Below the pieces are notes generated by a model. It saw only the letters and a program-made list of their open reading frames with translations, did no database searches and was not told the DNA's origin. A stretch of DNA of 64,000 nt. Origin: Eledone cirrhosa. Its lineage: Eukaryota. Below, in pieces: positions 13,491-24,351 of the stretch (the stretch's first letter is position 1; each line of letters begins with the position of its first letter). A program made the translations under genes and the position numbers. Where the stretch lies: positions 188,604,001 to 188,668,000 of the forward strand of contig OZ024742.1 in NCBI GenBank assembly GCA_964016885.1. The letters are read 5' to 3'.

Positions 13491-16400
13491 TAGTTGCATT
13501 TACCTTGCTTTATGTTCATACGAGTTATCACCAAGTCACAACCAGTGACCTCAAGAAACAACAAGGTCCGCCATGTTCAAGAAAGAACATACATACACAC
13601 ACATACATCTTTAGGTGTTTAGACTTGTGATGTACTTATATTGACAGAATATTCCTTAGTATATGGGCATTTCACATTAGTACTATCGTTTGTATTTCTC
13701 TTATACGCGGGTTTCCTGGGATTTGCGATAAGTAATCATTAGACTTCTTACGTATCATTCCTAGAGCGCCTACAACCACTGCTATTGTTTTAGTTCTCAG
13801 TTTCCACATTTTCCTAATTTCTATCTCCAGGTCCTTATACTTGCTTAATTTTTCAAATGTTTTTATTGATACATTCTTGTCTATTGGAACGGACATATCA
13901 ATTAGCAGGCATACCCTCTTTTTAAAGTCCTTCAATATTATATCAGGTCTATTTGCATCTATTTTTCGGTCTGTTTGGATGCTAAAGTTCCACAAGATTG
14001 AGATGTGATCTTTTTCAAGTATGGGAGGTGGTTGATGCTCCCACCAATTCTTTTGATGGGGCAGGTCAAAATGCTTACACATTATCCAATGTATGTATTG
14101 TACAGCTCTGCCATGCCTGTTTAGGTATTCGGTTGGAGCTATAGGACTGCACATTGAAATTATATGGTCAATGGTCTCTGGTTGTTTTTTGCATACACGG
14201 CATAATGGGCTGCACCCATTTTTTATTATGTTGGCTTGGTAATTTTTTGTTGGCAGACACTGATCTTGTGCCGATATAATCAGTCCTTCAGTCTCCGATT
14301 TCAGTCCAGAGGATGCCAACCACTGATGGGTTAAAGTTTTGTCAACATCAGGATTGTTAGCTCGCTCTGGGTATTTTCCATACAGAGGCTTTTCTTGCCA
14401 TTTCTTAGCCAGTTTCTGTAGCAGTTCTTTCTTTGCAGTTACTTTTACCTGCTTTGCTTTTTCTGTGTTTTCCATTTCAGCAGTAAATGGGACTTCCGAA
14501 ATTTGTAGTCCATTACTGTATCTTTGTGCATCTGTTGTAATGGAATATGATCTTTTGATGCTTTCGTGTTTCAAAACGAGTTTGATCATCCAATCATGTG
14601 ATTCCCTTAGATATGTAGATAATCCAATTGTTGCAGTTTTCAACGCAATGTCTAACTGGATTAACCCACGTCCTCCTTCTTTCCTAGGGAGATATATTCT
14701 ATCTATATCTGCCTTAGGGTGATGCATTCTGTGCATGGTTAAGAATTTTCGAATTTTTGTATCGAGCCTACGGATCTCTGTGCTTGACCAGTTGATGACA
14801 TTGTAACTGTAGGTTACATCTGGTATGGCAAGCGTGTTTATGGCATCGATCCTATTCCTTGCATTCAATTCCGTTCTTAAGATTGCTCTTACTCTGCGGT
14901 AACATTCCTTCCTTATCCTTTCCCTCATTGTCGAGTGCTTGATTCCGTCTCCTTCACAAACACCTAGATATTTGTAAGTTTTTTCTTGATCAAGTTCTCT
15001 TATCACGTTCCCCCGATCAAGATTAATGCCTGAACTCTTCAGCAGCTTTCCTCTGGTGAACGTTGCTTTGGCGCATTTATCTAGTCCAAACTCCATTTTA
15101 ATGTCATCACTGAACTGCTTCACAGTGGATAATAGCCCTTGCAATTGTTCATCATTTTTTGCAAATAGTTTCAGGTCATCCATGTAGAACAGGTGATTAA
15201 TGGTTTTGTCATAGACTTTATATCCATGTTTTGTTTCATTGAGCATTTTACTTAATGGTATAAGTGCGATGCAGAATAAAAGCGGTGATAAAGAGTCACC
15301 CTGAAAAATTCCACAATTAATATCAACTTCTCCAGCTTCCAGTGATTTTGTTTCAGTATTCAAAAGGAGTGTCGTTTTCCATGTCTTCATACTGAATGAC
15401 AAAAACCTCCTGACAACGGGGGATATTTTGAAAATCTCTAAACATTTTTCAATCCAACTGTGTGGCAAACTATCGAATGCTTTTTTATAATCTATCCGAG
15501 CAATCGATAGATTTTTGTGTCTATTATGACAATCTTCCAGTATCATTTTGTTAACCAGAAGCTGATCCTTACAGCCATATGAGCCTCGTTTACACCCTTT
15601 CTGCTCAATGGGAAATAGGTCATTTGTTATCAGGTGGTCATATGTGTATTCAGTTAGGACTGATGTTAAAATTTTATAGATTGTGGTCAAGCAAGTTATC
15701 GGTCTGTAATTTTTGGGATTGTTTGTCTCATCATTCTTCGGAAGCAGGAATGTAATGCCGTTAACTAGCCATGATGGTATCTTTTCTGGCTCCTTAACTA
15801 TTTCATTGTAAAGTTGGGCTAACAGCCCATGGGACTCTGTGAAGGTATTTATCCAAAAGTTTTGTATTTTGTCTTTTCCTGGGGATTTCCATTTGCTGGT
15901 TTTTCTTAGAGCCAAGCGCAACTGTTCAACTGTTATATTTTCCCATGTTTGTTCCTCAAGGTGAGCTGTATCTTTCATTTGTCTGTCTATCCATGGGGCA
16001 TGTATGTTATGAACTTTTTCTTCGGCCCAGATCTTTTCCCAGAATTATTGCACTTTCTCCTTGGGTGGTATTGATTTAGCAGTTATTGTTGACTTACCAA
16101 TTTTTCTGTAGAAGTTTCTTTGGTTGTTTTTGAACATATTATTGTCCTTATAGAATCTAGATCGTTTTTCAAAGCGCCTTATACGAGCAGCTTTGGCCGA
16201 CACTTTTTGCTTGATTATTTCTAGCAGCATGTCTATGTCACATGTTGATTTTATACTGTACTTTTTTTTCAATTTTCTAAGTTTAGTTTGTTTAACATGT
16301 TCACCTACTTTATAGTTTGTTAAAATTTCTATGTCAGATCGGAGAAGGTTTATTTGGCGATTGATGTTCTCTTGCCAAGTAGATTTCTTGTGGGAATTCC

Positions 16401-17445
16401 TTTGTTTTTTCATCTTCACTCCACATAAATGAGTGGTGACTTTAGCCGATGCATAATAGAGATGATTTAAATCAGTAATGTTTAGTTTGTTTGTGATGAT
16501 AATGTTTTTGAGAATTATGTTAGTCTTGTGTATTATCTTTTGGTTCTGTTTGGAGTTCTGGATCTTAGGGAGGGTGTCTCGTTGCCCCATGTCAGATTCT
16601 TTCATTTTCCTCCATTCGATCATAATTTCATCCTTCAAGTTGGCAAGTTCATTCTCATTAATTTCTTTATCATTTACGATCTCATTATTTTAATTTGGAG
16701 TTTCATCCTGAGCATGCACTCACTCCACTTTTTCGATCCTTTCTTAAATTTGTTCTGTTGCCAGTGATTCCGCCCCAACCCTGGGATTCGAAGTGTTACA
16801 GTTTACCTCGTTTTGACTGACACATGTTTCATTTTCCCTTCGCTGACTTTGTGCTAATAGCTTGACCTGATCAATTTCTATATCAGTTAGTAACTTTTTT
16901 CTTACAATATTTCTTCGTATATTGGCTAGTTTGTTACTGTCAATATAGCCTCTGTTTTCGGGATGTTTCTTTTTCCAGTTGATATATGTCTGTTCTGTAT
17001 TCGATGTATTTGATGGGTAGTACATGGCAGTGTAGAAAGCCTCAAGGACTTCTTTATTATCTTCCCTTGACCATTTTTCTCTCTTTTTCTTTGGATTTCT
17101 TGGTGGTGAGCATGGAGGGCCAACAGTAGGAGTATTCCGGTTATGGGAGGTCTCCAGCTCCGAAGTGATGGGAAGATTTGAACCATTAGCTGATTTTTCG
17201 ACCCCAGTCTGGTTCCTCTCTGAGGGACGCGGCCCTTTTTTACCCGGGTGACGGCCGATCCGGTATGAGATTTTATCATTAGACATTTACTTCATTTTGT
17301 CGCGTTTTATCCTTATCCGCCAAGGGGTAATCATTTCGTGTTACCACTTCTAGAACGACTGTCAACCAAGACTAGAGGGGTCGTTCTCCCCTAGAAACAC
17401 GGCTATTCCCCGCCAGCCGCCATCCCGGTATTTCTTGGTCACGGG

Positions 17446-17446
<1 letters not shown>
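13491..17446 (-). mobile_element. Full-length R4/Dong-clade non-LTR retrotransposon (RT plus restriction-like endonuclease) in (TAA)n
   Basis: Single-ORF architecture with a C-terminal CCHC finger and RLE. (TAA)n on both sides (13264-13303 and 17447-17481), the known target of Dong-type elements. Confidence 0.85.
13636..17286 (-). pseudogene. Disrupted RT-RLE polyprotein (pieces 17286-16744, 16638-16045, 15978-13672)
   Basis: Motifs NYRPITCL, DYKKAFDS, GIFQGDSLSP, FYMDD, CRVC..ETIDHIISMC, RPDI..IDMSVP, EKLSKYKDL. In-frame stops at 16045 and 13672 (read-through continues NAHILRNILSI* to 13636) and a break near 16744. Confidence 0.9.
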
Positions 17447-17481
<35 letters not shown>

Positions 17482-17696
17482 GAATGCCATGGTTGACGGA
17501 GGCTCGGCTCTGTAAGGTATAGTAATTTTTAACCGTTAAAACAATTGTAAATTGTTTAAAACTTGAACCAAATTGTTGATAAAGACACCCTCCTCCTCGT
17601 GAGAGGGGTCTTTCTGTCCGTTATTTGGCCCTTCGGGGTTAAATAACCAGTTATTGGGGTTTTGTACCCAAAATTTCATTTTAAACAAAAAACAAC

Positions 17697-19793
17697 ATGG
17701 CTACGAAAAAGAAATTTCATACGTCACTCCCACTCATTCCGTCTTCTTCTTCCTCAATCATCACTACAGCAGAGAGAAGATTGTCTCTCTCCCTCACTTC
17801 TTTAAATGTGTCTCTCTCCCTCCCTTCTCTTTCGCAAGTGACGAAAGAAAAGAAAAGTCTCGTGCAAAGCGTGCAAGGTTCCTCCACGACGACGACGACA
17901 GCGACGAAACAGGTGTGCGGGAAATACGAAAACCCAGTTCATTCGTCTGACGTCAGGAATAATAGCAGTAGCAGCCGTAATAACAACAGCAACAGTGACA
18001 ATGAAAACAACAGTAGCAGCCGCAACAGCATCACCAGCAGCATAAACAACAACAGCATTAGCAGCAGCAACACCAACAACAACCACAGCAACAGCGGCGG
18101 AGGCAGTAGTCGTAGTACCTGCGGCAACAACAAAAGTACCAGCAGCTCTGACGACAACAACAACAGCAGAGAAAAACCAATCTCATTTGCAGGTATTGCG
18201 AAAAACTTGGAAACAATCCTCATAACAAATGAGGAATTAGAGGAAGCGAAGAAGATGGTGACAAAGAACGGACACCGAGCAATCTGCAAGGCAGCGAAAA
18301 ATTTTTTCGAAACCCAAGAGCACTGTACGGTCACGTACCGTACAGTAAGTACAAAATCCCGTAGGGTGGAAAGAGCCACAGAGGCCCAAATACAAAAAGC
18401 CTTGGGGTCTGTGTGGCAGCGGAAAACGCACATCACCCGAGGCAAAAAATATGCCACCGTAGACGTACTTTTTGCCACACCCCAGGAGGCAAAGGCCCAA
18501 TCAGTAGTGACCCTAAGGAGCGAGGAAATGGTGTTGGTGCCCTCCTACTGTGGGCAAAAAATTGTGAGGGTCAAACTGACCCACGTCCCCCCCGGAATGA
18601 CCCCTTCTTGGCTGGCCGCGTCTGTCCTCGTCGGAATCGAGGACAAAACAACTGTACTGCAAGTACAGAAAAAAGTAAGAGAAGATTGGGTCGGCTCCTC
18701 CATTGAGATGCTAATCCAAACCAACCAGGAGTGCATCGAAGCTATCCCGGATGTGATAGACTTCGATAACGGCACCCAACTGCCCATAAGTGTTGAGGGC
18801 AAACGCCCGAAATGCTTTCGCTGTGGATCGAAGACTCACCTCAAGGCCTTCTGCAACGAGAAGACCCTGAGAAAGGAGAAAACCCCCCTCCTTCCGAATC
18901 CGGCTCCACGGCTACCAGCAACAGGACAAGCGGCAACCAGGAACGATAGGTCCGTGGCACCCATACCCACGCCACGGAAATCAAAAACAGCAGCAGCAGT
19001 GGAAATATTAACAACAACAACAGCAATACCAAATGCAGCTGCAACAGAGACTCCAGTGCAAACATCACCAACAACAACAAGTGAAAGAGTGGAGCTGGTA
19101 CCCCTCCCCGACCTCACAGAATCAGACATGGAGTGTGAGGTGGGAGAGAGATGGCAAAAGGTCGCAAGAAGACACAAACGCAGAAGCAGCGCATCGTCGC
19201 CTTTGAAAAGGGAGGAAAGAAATGAGAAAAGGGTAAAGTCTACTGCAAAGAGACCCACAGCAGCAACAACACCAACACCATCACCACCCACACTAGCGCC
19301 ACCATCACCACCGGCGACAACCCCACCGCCAACAACACCTTCAACACCACCACCACAAGCACCAACATCGCAAACACAACAACAAAACACACACACCCAG
19401 CAACAACGACAAGAAAATAGCAGAACCACACCCCACCCCCAGAAAAACAAATGCACGGCAATAAATACACACAACAAGAAACTAATGACTTACATAATTG
19501 AACACACAGACATTTCACAACAGGACTACATAATACCAGCACCAATCAAAACGCCAACTAAAATAAGACTGCTAAAAATAGCACAGAAACAATACACAAA
19601 CATTAAAACGAAATTCCCCAACGCAGTTGGTGATTTCAGGGACCTAGGAGGAACCATCAATCGAAGAGTATACTCAGACATTCTCTTAGAAGAGCCGACG
19701 ACCAGCCGAAGGGACGATTCAACGGTCCCTTCACCAGACGACCAAGTGAAAAGGGATGTAAAAACCATCCCTCCTCTACCAAAAGTACGGTAA
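17697..19793 (+). CDS. Tx1-like ORF1, gag-like nucleic-acid-binding protein, 698 aa
   Basis: Zinc knuckle CFRCGSKTHLKAFC (CX2CX4HX4C), Asn/Ser-rich and Pro/Thr-rich linkers, position directly upstream of ORF2. Confidence 0.85.
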   Translation: MATKKKFHTSLPLIPSSSSSIITTAERRLSLSLTSLNVSLSLPSLSQVTKEKKSLVQSVQGSSTTTTTATKQVCGKYENPVHSSDVRNNSSSSRNNNSNSDNENNSSSRNSITSSINNNSISSSNTNNNHSNSGGGSSRSTCGNNKSTSSSDDNNNSREKPISFAGIAKNLETILITNEELEEAKKMVTKNGHRAICKAAKNFFETQEHCTVTYRTVSTKSRRVERATEAQIQKALGSVWQRKTHITRGKKYATVDVLFATPQEAKAQSVVTLRSEEMVLVPSYCGQKIVRVKLTHVPPGMTPSWLAASVLVGIEDKTTVLQVQKKVREDWVGSSIEMLIQTNQECIEAIPDVIDFDNGTQLPISVEGKRPKCFRCGSKTHLKAFCNEKTLRKEKTPLLPNPAPRLPATGQAATRNDRSVAPIPTPRKSKTAAAVEILTTTTAIPNAAATETPVQTSPTTTSERVELVPLPDLTESDMECEVGERWQKVARRHKRRSSASSPLKREERNEKRVKSTAKRPTAATTPTPSPPTLAPPSPPATTPPPTTPSTPPPQAPTSQTQQQNTHTQQQRQENSRTTPHPQKNKCTAINTHNKKLMTYIIEHTDISQQDYIIPAPIKTPTKIRLLKIAQKQYTNIKTKFPNAVGDFRDLGGTINRRVYSDILLEEPTTSRRDDSTVPSPDDQVKRDVKTIPPLPKVR

Positions 19794-19828
19794 GTGGTCT
19801 TTCCCATCTTTTCCACTCTATTTTAAAC

Positions 19829-22800
19829 ATGACCTCACTCAGAATAGGCAGCATAAATGCGCGTGGCTTGGGGTCGTCATGGAAGCAGGGTCACCTGCTC
19901 AACGACCTCAGGTCACTAAACATAGATGTAGAGGTCATCAGCGAGACCAGAATCTCAGAAGCACCGGCCTTCGCACCGATCTTCGGCGGCTACGATGTGT
20001 ACGCATCTCCCAGCCGTCCTGGATCGGGTGGAGGAGTTGCTGTGCTTTTTCGGAGAGGTTTGGATCTCGCCATACGGGCCATCTTCCTGGACCCAGAGGG
20101 TAAGCTGGTGGTGCTGGACGTGACCAGCGGAGACGGGCAAGCTTTCAGGCTAGTGGCCGTCTATGCCCCGACAGGAGCAGGGCGGCCTGATTTCTTCCGG
20201 CGTCTGGAGACCTTTCTTGGAACGTCCCGCTCTTTAGTGTTAGTGGGCGACTGGAACGGGATCTTAGATGCACGCTGGGACTGTGTGGGATTAGCGGATA
20301 GGGGTGGAGGGTGCAAGAGCCTCACCAACCTGCTCAGGCGTTTTGAACTGTCTGACAGGTACCGATTGGATTTCCCGAATGTGCCAATGTGGACTTGGAC
20401 AAACCGCATAGGGTCATCCAGATCATATCTAGATAGAGTATTTTGTAGGGAAATAGATAAGTCTAGCATAGGCTGTCCACAATTCAAGATAGTCAGCTAC
20501 ACGGACCACAAATTCGTGACCTGTGTGCTTGACTTAGATAGGCTTCATAGACGAGGACCCGGCTACTGGAAGCTAAACGCGTCCTTACCAGCGCGCAAGG
20601 CCTACAGAGACCGGATTAGCGAACTAGTTAAGCGGGCGTTGACGGGGGCCATCGTCAACAACAAGTGGTGGTTTGCTCTGAAAAGAGCGATTAGAATAGA
20701 ATCGATTAGGTTTAGTAAGGCTTTAGCAATAGAGAAAAATAGAGCAGAGGGAGAACTAGTTAGAAAATTAGACGAGGCGCTTAGCAAAGGCATTGCGACC
20801 GACGTGCTTGCGGCGAAATTGGCCCTTGACCAATTCTTCAATGCAAAGCACGAAGGCTGCGTTGTCAGAGCTAGGGTGCGTGCTCTCAGACACGAGGGGA
20901 CGAAAGCCGTTCAATGGGCCCGAGTGGCGGAGGCGCGTCGTGGCAACAAAGCCACGATCCGGTCTTTGGTGGACCACGACGGGCGCATGCTACTCGATCC
21001 CGGGCAAATGTGTGAAGCTTTTCAGCGACACTTCGCTCAGCTGTTCGGGGGCAGCGGGGGGCCGGGTAGAGGGATGGACTTTAGTGTCTACCTCGACGGA
21101 CTGCCGCGGCTCTCGGCCACTGAGGCGAAGTGTTGCGAAAAGCCGATAACAGCCGCTGAAGTACGGGAGGCAATGACTGGCTGCACAAGGGGTAAATCGC
21201 CTGGTTTGGATGGTCTGCCCTATGAACTTTACGTACAGATGCCAGACTTGTTCGGAGGCCTCTTGGCGGACGTCTACTGCAACTGGCAACAGAACGGGAG
21301 AATTCCCAGTTCTGTGAGCCGAGGAGCGGTGGCACTGCTGAGAAAGGATCCGAACAAGGGGGATAACATAGACAATTTCCGGCCCATATCTCTGCTAAAC
21401 ACAGAGTTTAAGATTTTGGCCAAGGTGCTAGCAAAGAGGTTGGCGCTTGTCGTTGGTGGTCTGGTGGGAGAGGCGCAGACATGCGCCATTCCCGACAGAT
21501 CCATCCACGACAACCTCCACCTCATGCGATACATCGTAGAGAGGGTAGCTAGGGAACCTGGCACGGGTGGGTCCTTGATCAATTTAGATCAGTCGAAAGC
21601 TTTCGATAGGGTCGACCATCGTTACCTAGCGGCAGTCCTGAGGGCGGCTGGCTTTGGGCCCGTCTTCAGAGGCTGGATCGCTGCCATGCACAGCGACATC
21701 TGCTCTGTAGTGAGAGTGAACGGTCACCTGTCGGAACCGTTCAACATCATGCGCTCGGTCCGCCAAGGATGTCCCCTCTCGTCCCTCTTGTACGTATTGA
21801 CTCTCGAGCCATTACTGCACAAACTGGAGACGTTGAGGGGAGTCCCGCGCGAACTAGGATGCGGAAGATCCGTGTCAGCATATGCGGACGATGTCACCGT
21901 AGTGGTGTCGAACGCCAAACACATCGAGGCGATCGGCACTACACTAAGAGAATACGAAGCGGTGACAGGAGCAATGATCAACCAGGAAAAGTCAGTGGGC
22001 CTGCAGCTCGGCACCTGGAGAGGCAGGTCCATGCCGTCCAACAGCGTCGTCGGGCGCTGGACGGACGGACCGGTTAAATTGCTAGGGGTCTGGTTCGGTC
22101 CGGACCTCCAGACGGACAAAAACTGGGACGAGGTGACGAGCAGGGTGGCTTCTCTCACCCAGAAATGGGCGGAGAGGAAGCTATCCCTGAAAGGTCGAGC
22201 GGAGGTGGCTAACGCGTACATCGCGTCTGTCATCTGCTACCGCCTAACCGTTGTACCTTGTCCTAAGCCTCGCCTGACTGCGCTGGAGCGTTTGCTCTTT
22301 CGCTTTTTGTGGAAGGGACGTGCTCCGATGGTCAGGCGGTCCATCTGTTGTCAACACCCGCTACGTGGAGGGCTGGGCATGCCGTGGCTGATGATGCGCA
22401 GGCACGCGCTCAGGCTACGACATCTCCACCTCTTCCTCGACGGTGATCAGGTGTGGTCGCCGTTTGCTAGACGCGTTTTTCCCCAGCTCGTTTCCTTGAC
22501 GGAGCTGCAGTCCTGGGTCAAGCGAAGACCGAGAGGGAGCGCCTGGAGACTGGAATGTCTTCAGGCGCTCACAGCCCTCGACCAATCGGGCAATGTGATC
22601 GGTGGAAACTCCACCTCGGCGTTCTATAGAGGATTAGTGGAGGGGAAGAGCGACGACGTACTTGGGGAAACTCTAGGCGTCGACGAAAATCAACTAGCCA
22701 ATCTCTTCGGAAGAACCTTCGGGCCAGGGCCTATGGACAACTTCCAGAAATCTCTGGCCTGGCAGTGCTACCGAGGAGCCTTGCCAGTTCGGGATAAACT

Positions 22801-23248
22801 CTACAGGCATGGAGGTGCCGTCAGCCGGGCATGTCCGAGATGCGCGCAGGGCGACGAAACCGTCCTGCACGCACTCGTCCAGTGTCCGAAAATTGCTGAC
22901 TTGTGGGTTTATGTCGAACACCTGCTGTCGCGTTTAGGACGGATCCAGCTATCATCTGAGTCTATCGTGAGGATTGCCCCGCCCTCCTCCTTTAGCCGGG
23001 AAGGGCAGGCAGTTTTTATCTGTCTGGTGGCCATGGCGAAAGAGATAGTATGGTGGACACGTTTGAAAGGGCTGAAGACGAGCACTTACCTCTTCGGTGA
23101 TGCTCTGATTGACTTTTTCAAATTTCATTTGAAAAGGAAAATCAGAGTAGAGAAGGAAGTGCTCTCTTCCCAGCATTTTGTTGAAAGATGGGTGAGAGAA
23201 GCAAGAATGGCCCGAGTGAATGGGCCGACTCTGAGTATATATCTGTAA
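19829..23248 (+). CDS. Tx1-like ORF2: APE endonuclease, reverse transcriptase and C-terminal zinc finger, 1139 aa
   Basis: EN motifs SINARGL, ISET, GDWN, YLDRVF, TDH. RT motifs FRPISLLN, DQSKAFDRVDH, RQGCPLS, YADD. C-terminal CPRC...ETVLHALVQC. Confidence 0.95.
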   Translation: MTSLRIGSINARGLGSSWKQGHLLNDLRSLNIDVEVISETRISEAPAFAPIFGGYDVYASPSRPGSGGGVAVLFRRGLDLAIRAIFLDPEGKLVVLDVTSGDGQAFRLVAVYAPTGAGRPDFFRRLETFLGTSRSLVLVGDWNGILDARWDCVGLADRGGGCKSLTNLLRRFELSDRYRLDFPNVPMWTWTNRIGSSRSYLDRVFCREIDKSSIGCPQFKIVSYTDHKFVTCVLDLDRLHRRGPGYWKLNASLPARKAYRDRISELVKRALTGAIVNNKWWFALKRAIRIESIRFSKALAIEKNRAEGELVRKLDEALSKGIATDVLAAKLALDQFFNAKHEGCVVRARVRALRHEGTKAVQWARVAEARRGNKATIRSLVDHDGRMLLDPGQMCEAFQRHFAQLFGGSGGPGRGMDFSVYLDGLPRLSATEAKCCEKPITAAEVREAMTGCTRGKSPGLDGLPYELYVQMPDLFGGLLADVYCNWQQNGRIPSSVSRGAVALLRKDPNKGDNIDNFRPISLLNTEFKILAKVLAKRLALVVGGLVGEAQTCAIPDRSIHDNLHLMRYIVERVAREPGTGGSLINLDQSKAFDRVDHRYLAAVLRAAGFGPVFRGWIAAMHSDICSVVRVNGHLSEPFNIMRSVRQGCPLSSLLYVLTLEPLLHKLETLRGVPRELGCGRSVSAYADDVTVVVSNAKHIEAIGTTLREYEAVTGAMINQEKSVGLQLGTWRGRSMPSNSVVGRWTDGPVKLLGVWFGPDLQTDKNWDEVTSRVASLTQKWAERKLSLKGRAEVANAYIASVICYRLTVVPCPKPRLTALERLLFRFLWKGRAPMVRRSICCQHPLRGGLGMPWLMMRRHALRLRHLHLFLDGDQVWSPFARRVFPQLVSLTELQSWVKRRPRGSAWRLECLQALTALDQSGNVIGGNSTSAFYRGLVEGKSDDVLGETLGVDENQLANLFGRTFGPGPMDNFQKSLAWQCYRGALPVRDKLYRHGGAVSRACPRCAQGDETVLHALVQCPKIADLWVYVEHLLSRLGRIQLSSESIVRIAPPSSFSREGQAVFICLVAMAKEIVWWTRLKGLKTSTYLFGDALIDFFKFHLKRKIRVEKEVLSSQHFVERWVREARMARVNGPTLSIYL

Positions 23249-23508
23249 ACTAAAGGTGGAAAACTGGGAGAGGGCACTTGCCTTGGTGGTCAGGGTCATT
23301 GTGGCTTTTTACTGGGCTTTCTCCACAAATGTCCCTCCGAAGTCTCCCCCCTATTGGGGAATTTTTCATTGTTATTCTCATTGTTATTTTTGTTACATCC
23401 TCTGTTTTTGTTTTTTTACACGCAGAAATGCCCATTTGTACCGTCCTGCATTGTCCTGCACTGTCCTTAATGTCTACTTTATGTAAACCCTTGTGGTTAA
23501 TAAAGAAA

Positions 23509-23570
<62 letters not shown>

Positions 23571-24309
23571 TTGAAGATATCAGAAACTAATTATTGTGGT
23601 CATCTCAAATATAAGCTATGTCATTTGGAATAGATCATCATTGTTATGCACAACAGAACAATAAAGGCGAAAGTAATTACCAAGAATCCGCCCTATAAGG
23701 CCAAAGACTGTGGTCGAATAAACCTTTCACTCTCTGCATATTTTCCTCTGTATTTTAATTGATGTCTGCACTGTATTTTGAGCAACAAGGTTCGGTGGTC
23801 AGAGAGATGACAAGACACCGCACCATAATTGGGTTTGCTTCTCCACGTTTGAAGGTAACAGAATCAGTTATACACCCCCATCTGATCCAAAGAACATTTC
23901 ATCTCTCAGTTTGGTCACAGAGAGACGTGCTGCATAATCAGATATACTTTTTTACATGTGCAAGTGATTGAGCCAATTCTGTTCTGTCTTAACAAATAAG
24001 CTTTTGAGAAAAGATTTACTGAAATATTACACTGAAAGTAGAATATTAGATATTTTCACCTCGGAGCAAAATAATAATATAAGCTATAGAAGTACGTATT
24101 TAGATGTATATATTTAGAACTAAGAAGAGAGACAGAAACAAAAAAATATGGAGGAAAGTGAATAGAAGAGTAGAAATGGGAAGATTGCAAACTCAACATC
24201 ATTGGCTGTGCGGTATATCTCAGCTTTACTCTCTTTAGCTCTCCACTAATTACTTTAGTCCAGAAATAGCCGTCGAAACGGCTTGAGCTCTGCCGTCGGG
24301 GTCATACTT

Positions 24310-24351
<42 letters not shown>

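Larger units (their letters stand above)
17482..23510 (+). mobile_element. Full-length L1/Tx1-clade LINE inserted in (ATT)n
   Basis: 5' UTR, two open ORFs and a 3' UTR ending AATAAAGAAATC. (ATT)n at 17447-17481 and 23511-23570. Confidence 0.92.

Noticed and set aside
17300-17446. HDV-like ribozyme at the R4 5' end
   Set aside because: I could not assign P1, P1.1, P3 or the catalytic C by eye.
17802-23574. Antisense and alternate-frame ORFs overlapping the Tx1 ORFs (also 14339-14722 over R4)
   Set aside because: Shadow ORFs of GC-rich or low-complexity coding sequence with no motifs of their own.
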